A DNA stretch of 64,000 bases from an uncultured Burkholderiales bacterium. Its GTDB lineage: Bacteria; Pseudomonadota; Gammaproteobacteria; Burkholderiales; Burkholderiaceae_C. The notes under the pieces were generated by a model, which was not told the origin of the DNA, ran no database searches, and saw nothing but the letters and a program-made list of their open reading frames with translations. The DNA is taken from NCBI GenBank assembly GCA_903886485.1, contig CAISMH010000008.1, forward strand, positions 9,448 through 73,447, given 5' to 3'. Of this stretch, positions 20,028-29,024 are shown in pieces (positions within the stretch are counted from its first letter, which is position 1; every line of letters starts with the position of its first letter). A program made the position numbers and the translations under genes.

Positions 20028-21623
20028 ATGACAACACACCAAGAACCCACCCAAGAAGTCGCAGCCCCACCCGAGCATTTCAACTTCGCGCACTACCTGC
20101 TCGAATGCAATGCCGAACGCGGCGAGCGTCCCGCCTTTATCGACGACAACAGCACCCTCACCTATGGTGATTTGTCACAACGCGTGCGCAGTTTGGCTGC
20201 CGGCTTGCGCGGCATGGGACTGCGCCGCGAAGAGCGTGTGCTGCTGCTGATGCACGACTGCAACGATTGGCCTGTGAGCTTCTTAGGTGCCATGTATGCA
20301 GGTCTGGTACCCGTGGCGGTGAACACCTTGCTCACCGCCGATGACTACGCCTACATGCTGGAAAACTCACGGGCGCAAGCCGTGTTGGTCTCTGGGGCCT
20401 TGCTGCCCATACTCACAGCGGCCATGACCAAGTCGGACCACGAAGTCACCAAGGTCATCGTGTCTAAACCAGCGGCTCCCTTGCATCCTGCGGAAGTGGC
20501 GTTTGAAACGTTCCTCCAAGCACACCCACCCATGGTCAAAGCGGCCGCCACCAAAGCGGATGACCCCGGCTTTTGGTTGTACTCATCAGGCTCCACAGGG
20601 CGCCCGAAGGGCACGGTGCATTCGCATGCCAACCCCTATTGGACGTCCATGTTGTATGGCAAGAACGTGCTCGAGATCACCGAGCAGGATGTCTGCTTCT
20701 CTGCAGCCAAGCTGTTTTTTGCCTACGGCTTGGGCAACGGCCTGACCTTTCCGATGGCCGTTGGCGCGTGTGCGATTTTGATGGCCGAACGCCCCACACC
20801 TGACGCCACATTCAAACGCATGACGGGGGGTGTGGGCGGTGTCAAACCCACGTTATTCTTTGGCACACCCACAGGCTTTGCTGGCATGTTGGCACACCCC
20901 AACTTGCCGCCAAAAGACCAGGTCGCGATGCGCTTGGTGTCCTCTGCAGGCGAAGCCTTGCCGGCGGAATTAGGCGAGCGCTTCACACAACACTTTGGCG
21001 TCAACATCGTCGATGGCATTGGCTCCACCGAGATGCTGCACATCTTCTTGTCAAACAAACCCAACGACGTGCGCTACGGCACCACAGGTTGGCCCGTCCC
21101 CGGCTACGACATTGAGTTGCGTGGTGACGATGGCAACGCCGTCGCCGACGGTGAGCCTGGTGACCTCTATATCAAAGGCCCCTCTGCAGCACTCATGTAC
21201 TGGGGCAACCGTGAGAAAAGTCGCGAGACCTTCCAAGGCGGCTGGACCAAGAGTGGTGACAAATATGTGCGCAACACCGACGGCACCTACACCTACGGTG
21301 GACGCAGCGATGACATGCTCAAAGTCAGCGGCATTTATGTCAGCCCGTTCGAAGTCGAAGCCACCCTCATTCAGCACCCAGCCGTTCTTGAAGCGGCTGT
21401 GATTGGCGTCAACGACTGCGAAGGTTTGACCAAAACCAAAGCCTTTGTAGTGCTCAAAGAAGGGGCGGCCGTGAGCGATGAAGAACTCAAAGCCTTCGTC
21501 AAAGACAAGCTCGCGCCCTATAAATACCCACGCATGATTGAGTTCTTGAACGAACTGCCCAAAACAGCGACGGGCAAAATTCAGCGTTTCAAACTGCGCG
21601 CCCAAGAAGCCCAAGGTTCATGA
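20028..21623 (+). CDS. bclA: Benzoate-CoA ligase
   Basis: YSSGSTGRPKG, FSAAKLFFAYGLGN, DGIGSTEMLHIF, GRSDDMLKVSG, PKTATGKIQR. Confidence 0.95.
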   Translation: MTTHQEPTQEVAAPPEHFNFAHYLLECNAERGERPAFIDDNSTLTYGDLSQRVRSLAAGLRGMGLRREERVLLLMHDCNDWPVSFLGAMYAGLVPVAVNTLLTADDYAYMLENSRAQAVLVSGALLPILTAAMTKSDHEVTKVIVSKPAAPLHPAEVAFETFLQAHPPMVKAAATKADDPGFWLYSSGSTGRPKGTVHSHANPYWTSMLYGKNVLEITEQDVCFSAAKLFFAYGLGNGLTFPMAVGACAILMAERPTPDATFKRMTGGVGGVKPTLFFGTPTGFAGMLAHPNLPPKDQVAMRLVSSAGEALPAELGERFTQHFGVNIVDGIGSTEMLHIFLSNKPNDVRYGTTGWPVPGYDIELRGDDGNAVADGEPGDLYIKGPSAALMYWGNREKSRETFQGGWTKSGDKYVRNTDGTYTYGGRSDDMLKVSGIYVSPFEVEATLIQHPAVLEAAVIGVNDCEGLTKTKAFVVLKEGAAVSDEELKAFVKDKLAPYKYPRMIEFLNELPKTATGKIQRFKLRAQEAQGS

Positions 21624-22420
21624 ACACCGCTTGGGTCAGCCTAGACTGGCACGGTCGCGCCCTTCGCATTGAGCATCAATGGCTCAATGCGCACCTGACC
21701 GATGCACCACTGCTTGTGTTCTTGCACGAAGGCTTGGGCTCGGTCGCCATGTGGCGTGACTACCCCCAAAAGCTCTGCGATGCACTGGGGGTGAGGGGCT
21801 TGGTGTACTCGCGTCCTGGCTACGGTCAGTCCACCCCACGTGATGCCAACGAGCGCTGGACACCTGACTTCATGCACCGCCAAGCCCACGACGTGCTGCC
21901 CGCCTTGCTCAAAGCACTCGATGTCACGCAAGCGCCTTGGCTCTTTGGTCATAGCGATGGTGGCTCCATCGCGCTGCTCTTCGCCGCACGCTATCCCACA
22001 GCAGGTGTGATAGTCGTCGCGCCACATATCATGGTGGAAGAGATCTCGGTGAGCAGCATTGCATCAGCCAAAGAGGCTTATGAAAACACTGATTTACGTC
22101 AACGCCTCGCTCGCTACCATGCCGATGTGGACTCTGCATTTGGAGGCTGGAATCAAATTTGGCTCGCACCCGAGTTTCGCGACTGGTCTATCGAAAAAGA
22201 CATGGTCACCATCACCTGCCCTGTGTTGGCCATTCAGGGCGTCAACGACGAGTACGGCACTTTGGCGCAGATCCGAGACATTCAACGCCATGTACCGCAC
22301 ACCCAATTGCTGGAACTCGACAACTGCGGCCACTCGCCCCACCGCGATCAACCGCAAGCACTCACACAAGCCTGTGTGCGCTTTTTTCAGACCCAAGTTT
22401 CACCGACCGCGCAACCTTAA
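21620..22420 (+). CDS. Alpha/beta hydrolase (box-cluster associated)
   Basis: FLHEGLGS oxyanion motif, GHSDGG nucleophile elbow, CGHSPH; 4-nt overlap with bclA. Confidence 0.9.
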   Translation: MNTAWVSLDWHGRALRIEHQWLNAHLTDAPLLVFLHEGLGSVAMWRDYPQKLCDALGVRGLVYSRPGYGQSTPRDANERWTPDFMHRQAHDVLPALLKALDVTQAPWLFGHSDGGSIALLFAARYPTAGVIVVAPHIMVEEISVSSIASAKEAYENTDLRQRLARYHADVDSAFGGWNQIWLAPEFRDWSIEKDMVTITCPVLAIQGVNDEYGTLAQIRDIQRHVPHTQLLELDNCGHSPHRDQPQALTQACVRFFQTQVSPTAQP

Positions 22421-22439
22421 ATAAAACCAGGAGACAACC

Positions 22440-23609
22440 ATGCAAAAAAGAACCGTTCTACTTTCCGCCGCTGCATTTGCTGTGCTTGCCGCAACCACCC
22501 ACACGTGGGCGCAAGCGCAACCCAAACTCAAAGTGGGTTTCATGCTGCCTGCCACGGGCACCTTTGCCTCGTTGGGGACGGCCATCGACAACGGCTTTCG
22601 TTTGTACGTGGCTGAACAAGGCGGAAAAATTGCAGGCCGTGAAGTCGAATACGTGCGCGTGGACGATGAGAGCGATCCATCCAAAGCCACGGACAACGTG
22701 AACAAACTCATCAAGCGCGACAACGTGGATGTGATCGTGGGCACCGTCCACAGCGGCGTAGCCATGGCCATGGCCAAAGCGGCCAAGGAGTCAGGGACGT
22801 TGTTGATCGTGCCCAACGCCGGCGCTGCCGCCATCACTGGCCCCATGTGTGCCCCCAACATCTTTCGCTCCAGCTTCACCATGTGGCAGTCTGGATATGC
22901 GATGGGCGAAGTCGCCGCCAAGAAGGGACACAAGAAAGTCGTGACCATCACCTGGAAATATGCAGCCGGTGACGAAAACATCAAAGGCTTCAAAGAGAGC
23001 TTTGAGAAAAACGGTGGCACGGTGGTGAAAGAACTCAGCCTGCCTTTTCCCAACGTCGAGTTTCAAGCTTTGCTGACAGAAATTGCGGCGACCAAGCCGG
23101 ATGCGGTGTTCACTTTCTTTGCTGGCGGGGGCGCCGTGAAGTTTGTCAAAGACTACGCGGCAGCTGGTTTGAAAAAAACGATTCCACTCTACGGCTCCGG
23201 CTTCTTGACCGATGGCACCTTGGACGCACAAGGCAATGATGCGGCGGATTTATTCACAACGCTTCACTACGCCGACAACCTCAATAGCAAGCGCGACCAA
23301 AACTTCCGCTTGGCTTATGCCAAGACCTACAAACTGCAACCCGACGTGTACGCCGTTCAAGGCTATGACGCCGGTCAAATTTTGGGAATCGGTTTGAACG
23401 CCACAAAGGGTGACGCGAAAAATATCCAAGGTTTTGCACAAGCCGTGCGCATGGCCAAAATCGACAGCCCACGGGGAACCTTCACGATGTCCAAGAGCCA
23501 CAACCCCGTGCAGGACATTTACTTGCGCAAAGTGGTGGGCAAAGAAAACGTGATGGACAGCATCGCCTCTAAAGCACTCGCCGATCCAGGTCTTGGCTGC
23601 AAGATGTAA
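22440..23609 (+). CDS. ABC substrate-binding protein, HAAT family (benzoate-binding HbaE-like)
   Basis: Signal peptide; KVGFMLPATGTFASLG, DDESDP, GTVHSGVAMAM, IFRSSF. Confidence 0.88.
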   Translation: MQKRTVLLSAAAFAVLAATTHTWAQAQPKLKVGFMLPATGTFASLGTAIDNGFRLYVAEQGGKIAGREVEYVRVDDESDPSKATDNVNKLIKRDNVDVIVGTVHSGVAMAMAKAAKESGTLLIVPNAGAAAITGPMCAPNIFRSSFTMWQSGYAMGEVAAKKGHKKVVTITWKYAAGDENIKGFKESFEKNGGTVVKELSLPFPNVEFQALLTEIAATKPDAVFTFFAGGGAVKFVKDYAAAGLKKTIPLYGSGFLTDGTLDAQGNDAADLFTTLHYADNLNSKRDQNFRLAYAKTYKLQPDVYAVQGYDAGQILGIGLNATKGDAKNIQGFAQAVRMAKIDSPRGTFTMSKSHNPVQDIYLRKVVGKENVMDSIASKALADPGLGCKM

Positions 23610-23621
23610 CTGAGTACCTTG

Positions 23622-24500
23622 ATGGACTTGGCGACTTTTTTAATCCAGTGCCTCAACGCAGTCCAATACGGACTGCTGTTGTTTTTGGTGGCATCGGGCC
23701 TGACCTTGATCTTCGGCATCATGGGTGTCATCAACTTGGCTCACGGCAGCTTCTACATGATCGGGGCCTACATGGCCTACGGTTTAGCGCCTGCGGTGTC
23801 AGCTATTTTTGGTGGAGGGTTTTTCAGCGCTTTGGCGGTGGGGGTGGTCTTGTCAATCATCCTTGGCTATGTGCTGGAGTGGGTTTTTTTCAGCTACCTC
23901 TACGAGCGCGAACATTTGCAACAAGTGCTCATGACCTATGGCTTGATTTTGGTGTTTGAAGAAGTGCGCAGCATGCTCGTCGGTGACGACGTTCATGGGG
24001 TGACAGTGCCCGAGTGGTTAAACGGTGCCCTCTCGCTCAACGAGGTGATGACCTACCCCGTCTACCGCCTTTTCATGAGTGGCGTGTGTTTGCTGTTGGC
24101 TGGGGCGATGTGGTTTGTGTTCACTCGCACACGGCTGGGCATGATGATTCGTGCAGGCACATCGAACCGTGAAATGGTGCAAAGCCTTGGCATCGACATC
24201 ACACTGCTGTACCGCATTGTGTTTGCCATCGGCGTCGCGCTGGCCGTGTTTGCAGGGATGATCGCGGCGCCCGTCTCTAGCGTCTACCCGGGCATGGGCA
24301 ACTCAGTGCTCATCATTTGCTTTGTGGTCGTGGTCATTGGTGGCATTGGCTCCATCAAGGGTGCGTTGATGGCAGCGTTGCTGATTGGCTTGGTCGATAC
24401 GTTTGGCAAAGTGCTGCTACCGCAAGCTGCGGGTGTGTTGGTGTATGTGTTGATGGCGCTGATTTTGTTGTGGCGTCCCCATGGTTTATTCAAGGACTGA
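23622..24500 (+). CDS. HAAT ABC permease (LivH-like)
   Basis: GLTLIFGIMGVINLAHG, TRLGMMIRA, GGIGSIKG. Confidence 0.92.
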   Translation: MDLATFLIQCLNAVQYGLLLFLVASGLTLIFGIMGVINLAHGSFYMIGAYMAYGLAPAVSAIFGGGFFSALAVGVVLSIILGYVLEWVFFSYLYEREHLQQVLMTYGLILVFEEVRSMLVGDDVHGVTVPEWLNGALSLNEVMTYPVYRLFMSGVCLLLAGAMWFVFTRTRLGMMIRAGTSNREMVQSLGIDITLLYRIVFAIGVALAVFAGMIAAPVSSVYPGMGNSVLIICFVVVVIGGIGSIKGALMAALLIGLVDTFGKVLLPQAAGVLVYVLMALILLWRPHGLFKD

Positions 24501-24510
24501 GGACAAGCCC

Positions 24511-25509
24511 ATGCGTCATCCAACTTCTTTTGTCCTTGCTTTTTTTGGCCTGCTCGCACTCTGGCCTGTCATGTCAGGCTCTTACGGTGCCGACTTGGTC
24601 GCCAAGATCATGATTTACGCCTTGTTGGCTTTAAGCCTTGAGCTATTAGTGGGCAGCACCGGCTTGGTGTGTTTTGGTCAAGCCGCGTTTTTTGGCATTG
24701 GGGCGTATGCAGCCATCTTGTTGTCACCGACCGACGGCAGCGCGCCATCGCTTTGGCTGTCTTTGCTCTGTGCTGTCGTGCTGGCGGCGGTGTATGCCTT
24801 AGCGGTCGGTGCCTTGTCGCTGCGCACCCAAGGTGTGTACTTCATCATGGTCACGCTGGCGTTTTCGCAAATGGCTTATTACGTGGTGCACGACACGCCC
24901 TTAGGGGGCGGCACCGACGGCATTTACATGTACGTCAAACCCACCTGGGGCTGGATTGATTTAGACAAACCGACACACATGTATGGGCTGATTTGGCTCA
25001 GTTTGCTGTTGGGATTTTTGTTTTTATCGCAACTGCTGCGCTCGCCGTTTGGCCGCGCTCTGGCAGGCATCCGTGTGAATGAGCAACGCATGAAAGCCAC
25101 TGGCTTTTCGGTCTACCCCTACAAGCTCGCCGCCTTCACGCTGTCCGGTGCGATGGCCGGTTGGGCGGGCTATTTGTTTGCCATCAAAGATGGGTTTGTG
25201 AACCCTGAGTTGTTGAGCTGGCACCTCAGTGGTTCGGTCTTGGTGATGATTATTTTGGGTGGCTTGGGCCATATGCGTGGCGCACTGTTGGGAGCCTTTG
25301 CATTTGCACTGCTTCAAGAGCTGTTTCAAGCCGAAGCGATATTTGGCAGTTACGCCAAACACTGGCACTTGAGTTTGGGCTTGACCATCATGGCGTGCGT
25401 GGCGTTCATGCCGCACGGATTGGTGGCGCTGCCAGCGCAATTGCGCGAGCGGCTATCAGGGCGCAACACGCCCAAAGCCGCAACCACGGCGCTGGAGGAA
25501 CACGCATGA
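24511..25509 (+). CDS. HAAT ABC permease (LivM-like)
   Basis: GLVCFGQAAFFGIGAY, LRTQGVYFIMVTLAF, SPFGRAL, ILGGLG. Confidence 0.92.
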   Translation: MRHPTSFVLAFFGLLALWPVMSGSYGADLVAKIMIYALLALSLELLVGSTGLVCFGQAAFFGIGAYAAILLSPTDGSAPSLWLSLLCAVVLAAVYALAVGALSLRTQGVYFIMVTLAFSQMAYYVVHDTPLGGGTDGIYMYVKPTWGWIDLDKPTHMYGLIWLSLLLGFLFLSQLLRSPFGRALAGIRVNEQRMKATGFSVYPYKLAAFTLSGAMAGWAGYLFAIKDGFVNPELLSWHLSGSVLVMIILGGLGHMRGALLGAFAFALLQELFQAEAIFGSYAKHWHLSLGLTIMACVAFMPHGLVALPAQLRERLSGRNTPKAATTALEEHA

Positions 25510-26255
25510 CACGCGAGGTCCTGTTGCAAGGCATCAATCTCACACGTCGCTGGGGTGGTCTGGTGGCTGTGAACAATGTGTCTATCTCGCTCACGCGCGG
25601 CAGTGTGCATGCAGTCATTGGCACCAATGGCGCCGGCAAGTCCACGCTCATCAACTTGCTCTCAGGTGAGTTTCCACCTTCATCGGGTCAGGTGGAATGG
25701 CGAGGGCAAGATGTCTCGCACTGGACGCAGTCGCGCCGTGCACGTGCAGGTTTGGGTCGCAGCTACCAGCGCAACACCATCTTCCCCAGCTTCAGCGTCC
25801 TAGAGAACTGTCGGCTCTGTGCGCAAGCACAGCAACAACACGCATGGGCCATTTGGCGTAACGCGCAGATCGATGCCGCCACACTTCGCGTGGCACACGA
25901 TGTCGCGACCCGCGTTGGCTTGGGTGATGCCCTCGATCGCCATGCAGGCTTTTTAAGCCATGGCCAAAAAAGGCAACTAGAAATTGCCATGTGCTTGGCC
26001 ACTGCACCGCAAGTGCTGCTGCTAGATGAACCCTTGGCAGGCATGGGGGCAGAAGAAACTGAACGCATGCTCACGCTCTTGCAAGAACTCAAACAAGACC
26101 ATGCCATCTTGCTGGTCGAGCACGACATGGATGCGGTGTTTCGCATCGCAGATCTCATCACGGTCATGGTCAATGGTGTTGTGATTGCCACAGGCACACC
26201 CGATGACGTGCGCAACAACCCCGACGTTCGCAGCGCTTATTTGGGAGACCATTGA
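25506..26255 (+). CDS. HAAT ABC ATPase (LivG-like)
   Basis: GTNGAGKST, LSHGQKR, LLLDEP; ATGA overlap with the upstream permease. Confidence 0.92.
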   Translation: MTREVLLQGINLTRRWGGLVAVNNVSISLTRGSVHAVIGTNGAGKSTLINLLSGEFPPSSGQVEWRGQDVSHWTQSRRARAGLGRSYQRNTIFPSFSVLENCRLCAQAQQQHAWAIWRNAQIDAATLRVAHDVATRVGLGDALDRHAGFLSHGQKRQLEIAMCLATAPQVLLLDEPLAGMGAEETERMLTLLQELKQDHAILLVEHDMDAVFRIADLITVMVNGVVIATGTPDDVRNNPDVRSAYLGDH

Positions 26256-26974
26256 TGTCTGTCAGCTCTGAAATTATTTTGCAGGCCCAAGACATTCATG
26301 CTTGGTACGACAGCAGCCATGTGTTGCACGGTGTGAGTCTAGACATTCGCAAAGGGGAAACCGTCGGCTTGTTGGGGCGCAATGGCATGGGAAAAAGCAC
26401 CCTCATTCGCAGCTTGCTCGGCCATGTGCGTCAACGCGATGGACACATCAGTTGGTTGGGTCACGACATCTCCAAAGCACGCCCCCATGAGGTGGCACGT
26501 CAGGGGGTGGCTTATGTGCCAGAAGGTCGTGGTGTGTTTGGCAACTTGACTGTGCGCGAAAACTTGGTCATGGCCTCGCGCCCCGGCCGTGATGATCGCA
26601 ACGACTGGACACTGGCGCGCGTGCTGCACACCTTTCCGCGCTTGGCCGAACGCCTGGGCAATTTAGGCGTCCAGTTGTCTGGTGGCGAACAGCAAATGTT
26701 GTCGATTGGTCGTGCCTTGATGACGCATCCCGACCTCATCATCTTGGACGAAGCCACCGAGGGGTTGGCCCCGCTCATCGTCACTGAAATTTGGCGAGTG
26801 GTTGACGAAATCAAAGCCAGCGGCATGGCTGTGCTCATCGTCGACCGCGACTGGCACAAAGTGCTGTCTCGCAGCAACCGCGCCTTGGTCCTTCAAAAAG
26901 GCTTGGTGGTGTTGCACGGCGATGCCCATGATTTGCTGCAAGACCCCGAGCTGCCCAACTACCTAGGGGTGTGA
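26255..26974 (+). CDS. HAAT ABC ATPase (LivF-like)
   Basis: GRNGMGKST, YVPEGR, LSGGEQQ, ILDEATEG; TGATG overlap. Confidence 0.92.
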   Translation: MSVSSEIILQAQDIHAWYDSSHVLHGVSLDIRKGETVGLLGRNGMGKSTLIRSLLGHVRQRDGHISWLGHDISKARPHEVARQGVAYVPEGRGVFGNLTVRENLVMASRPGRDDRNDWTLARVLHTFPRLAERLGNLGVQLSGGEQQMLSIGRALMTHPDLIILDEATEGLAPLIVTEIWRVVDEIKASGMAVLIVDRDWHKVLSRSNRALVLQKGLVVLHGDAHDLLQDPELPNYLGV

Positions 26975-28005
26975 TGAAAGCGATTTACATGGATGGCCAC
27001 GGCGGCAACGACGTCGTGCACGTGGGGGAGCGACCCATGCCCCGCAGACACAAGGGCGAGGTGCTGATTCGCATGCAAGCCAGCACACTCAACCAAGTCG
27101 ACCTCTACATGCGTAACAGTGGTGCAGGAATCACCCACCAACTCCCGCAAAACATGGGCATCGAAGGCTTTGGACAGGTGACCGAGTGTGATGCTGACAG
27201 CGGCCTTCATGTGGGCGATGCGGTGGTGGTTCATCCAGGCATCAGCTGCGGCCAATGCGAGTTTTGTCAGCGTGGTGATGATGTTTTATGCACCAGCATT
27301 GCGCTGATCGGAGAACACCGTGATGGCGCTTGGTCCGAATACTTGGTGATGCCTGCACGCAACGTCCTCCCCGCCCCAATCTACCTCAGCGCCTTCGAAG
27401 CTGCGGCCTTGGCGGTGACACACCTCACGGCTTGGCGCATGGTCGTCACACAAGGTCAACTCAAGGCTGGGCAAACGGTGTTGGTGTTTGGCATTGGTGG
27501 GGGCGTGTCGGTCGCTGCACTGCAGATTGCACATGCCATGGGCGCACGCGTCATCGTCACATCGCGTCAAGCACACAAATTAAAACGTGCCAAGGAAATG
27601 GGCGCTGTCCTCGGTATTCACACACCCAACGAAGAAGTGACAAAAAGCGTCATGGCCTTCACAGCCAAACGCGGGGTGGACTTGGTGATTGAAAACGTGG
27701 GCGAAGCCGTCTGGGGCGACGCCATGAAGTCCCTCGTGCGTGGTGGGCGTTTGGTCACCTGTGGTGCGACCAGCGGCGATCAACCGCCAGCCGACCTGCG
27801 CCGCATATTTATTCGTCAATTGCAAATCTTCGGCTCTACTTTGGGCAATCTGCAAGAGTTCAAAGACTTGTTGATATTTTGTGAGCGACACCAAATTCGG
27901 CCTGTGATTGACCACGTGTATTCGATGGATCAAGTCCACCAAGCTTTGGATGTCATGTCGCGCGCCGACCAGTTTGGCAAGCTGGCGTTGGACTTGCAGA
28001 GCTAA
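26974..28005 (+). CDS. Medium-chain dehydrogenase/reductase with structural Zn only (QOR-like active site)
   Basis: CGQCEFC...C structural Zn; LNQVD and GIE in place of the catalytic Cys and GHE; FGIGGGVS nucleotide loop; TGATG overlap with the livF-like gene. Confidence 0.88.
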   Translation: MKAIYMDGHGGNDVVHVGERPMPRRHKGEVLIRMQASTLNQVDLYMRNSGAGITHQLPQNMGIEGFGQVTECDADSGLHVGDAVVVHPGISCGQCEFCQRGDDVLCTSIALIGEHRDGAWSEYLVMPARNVLPAPIYLSAFEAAALAVTHLTAWRMVVTQGQLKAGQTVLVFGIGGGVSVAALQIAHAMGARVIVTSRQAHKLKRAKEMGAVLGIHTPNEEVTKSVMAFTAKRGVDLVIENVGEAVWGDAMKSLVRGGRLVTCGATSGDQPPADLRRIFIRQLQIFGSTLGNLQEFKDLLIFCERHQIRPVIDHVYSMDQVHQALDVMSRADQFGKLALDLQS

Positions 28006-28070
28006 ACCCCAAAAAATCGCCGCACGAGGTCAGCTCAACAGCTTTGGCTCCGTCAACAGCCAAGCCCACT

Positions 28071-28086
28071 CTAGGGAAAGTCCTAG
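28071..28086. promoter_or_regulatory. 16-bp palindromic site CTAGG-N6-CCTAG (copy 2)
   Basis: CTAGGGAAAGTCCTAG upstream of the couA-like gene. Confidence 0.5.
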
Positions 28087-28113
28087 GCGTCGATTTCGGT
28101 TCACGCTCTCACA

Positions 28114-28138
28114 ATAACGTTATAAAAAATAACCTTAT
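28114..28138. promoter_or_regulatory. Probable CouR-type MarR operator in the AT-rich couA promoter
   Basis: GTTATA-aaa-AATAAC 28119-28133 (one mismatch from GTTATA-N3-TATAAC), embedded in ATAACGTTAT / ATAACCTTAT repeats. Confidence 0.65.
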
Positions 28139-28160
28139 AAACAGATTGAACGGAACCGAT

Positions 28161-28967
28161 ATGACCACGACTCACCATCCTTCGATTGAACGTGCGCGCA
28201 CGACTGGCGTCTCGCTGGAGATGCAAGGCGCTGTCGCGGTTGTTCGGCTGTGTCGTCCAAGTAAGCGCAACGCGCTGAGTGATGCCTTGATTGAAGCGCT
28301 GCGCGATGTGTTTCAAAACTTACCGCCTGAAGCTCGCGCTGCTGTCATCCATGGTGAGGGTGAGCACTTCTGTGCTGGCTTGGATTTGTCGGAACTCAAA
28401 GAGCGCGATGCAGGCGAAGGCGTCCACCACTCTCGCAGTTGGCATGTGGCCTTGGAAGCCTTGCAATATGGCCGCGTGCCTGTGATCGCCGCCTTGCATG
28501 GCGCTGTCGTAGGTGGGGGTTTAGAACTGGCTTCAGCCACCCACATTCGTGTCGCGGACGACAGCACTTTCTATGCATTGCCTGAGGGAACGCGTGGCAT
28601 CTTTGTGGGGGGCGGTGGCTCAGTCCGCGTCCCCAAACTGATTGGTGTGGCACGCATGACAGACATGATGCTCACTGGTCGTGTTTACAACGCGCAAGAC
28701 GGTGAGCGTTTGGGATTTGCCCAATACCTCGTTCCGGCAGGTGAATCGTTGGCCAAGGCCATCGCGTTGGCCGAGCGCATTGCCACCAATGCCCCACTGA
28801 CCAACTACGCACTCATCCACGCGCTGCCGCGCATTGCCGAGCAGCCCGCAGACCACGGCTTCTTGACCGAGGCCTTGATGTCATCCATCGCGCAATCAGC
28901 GCCCGAAGCCAAAGCGCGAGTCCGCGCCTTCTTGGAGGGCAAGGCCCCCAAGGTCAGCAAAGACTGA
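28161..28967 (+). CDS. couA: CouA-like enoyl-CoA hydratase/lyase (hydroxycinnamoyl-CoA)
   Basis: KRNALSD, HFCAGLDLSEL.ERDAGEGVHHSRSWH, ALPEGTRGIFVGGGGSVR, MMLTGRVY; closely resembles R. palustris CouA as recalled. Confidence 0.8.
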   Translation: MTTTHHPSIERARTTGVSLEMQGAVAVVRLCRPSKRNALSDALIEALRDVFQNLPPEARAAVIHGEGEHFCAGLDLSELKERDAGEGVHHSRSWHVALEALQYGRVPVIAALHGAVVGGGLELASATHIRVADDSTFYALPEGTRGIFVGGGGSVRVPKLIGVARMTDMMLTGRVYNAQDGERLGFAQYLVPAGESLAKAIALAERIATNAPLTNYALIHALPRIAEQPADHGFLTEALMSSIAQSAPEAKARVRAFLEGKAPKVSKD

Positions 28968-29024
28968 CGCTGAACCCTACACCTCTAAAAAAAATTGCCA
29001 CTGAGCAAACGAGGAGACAAACAC

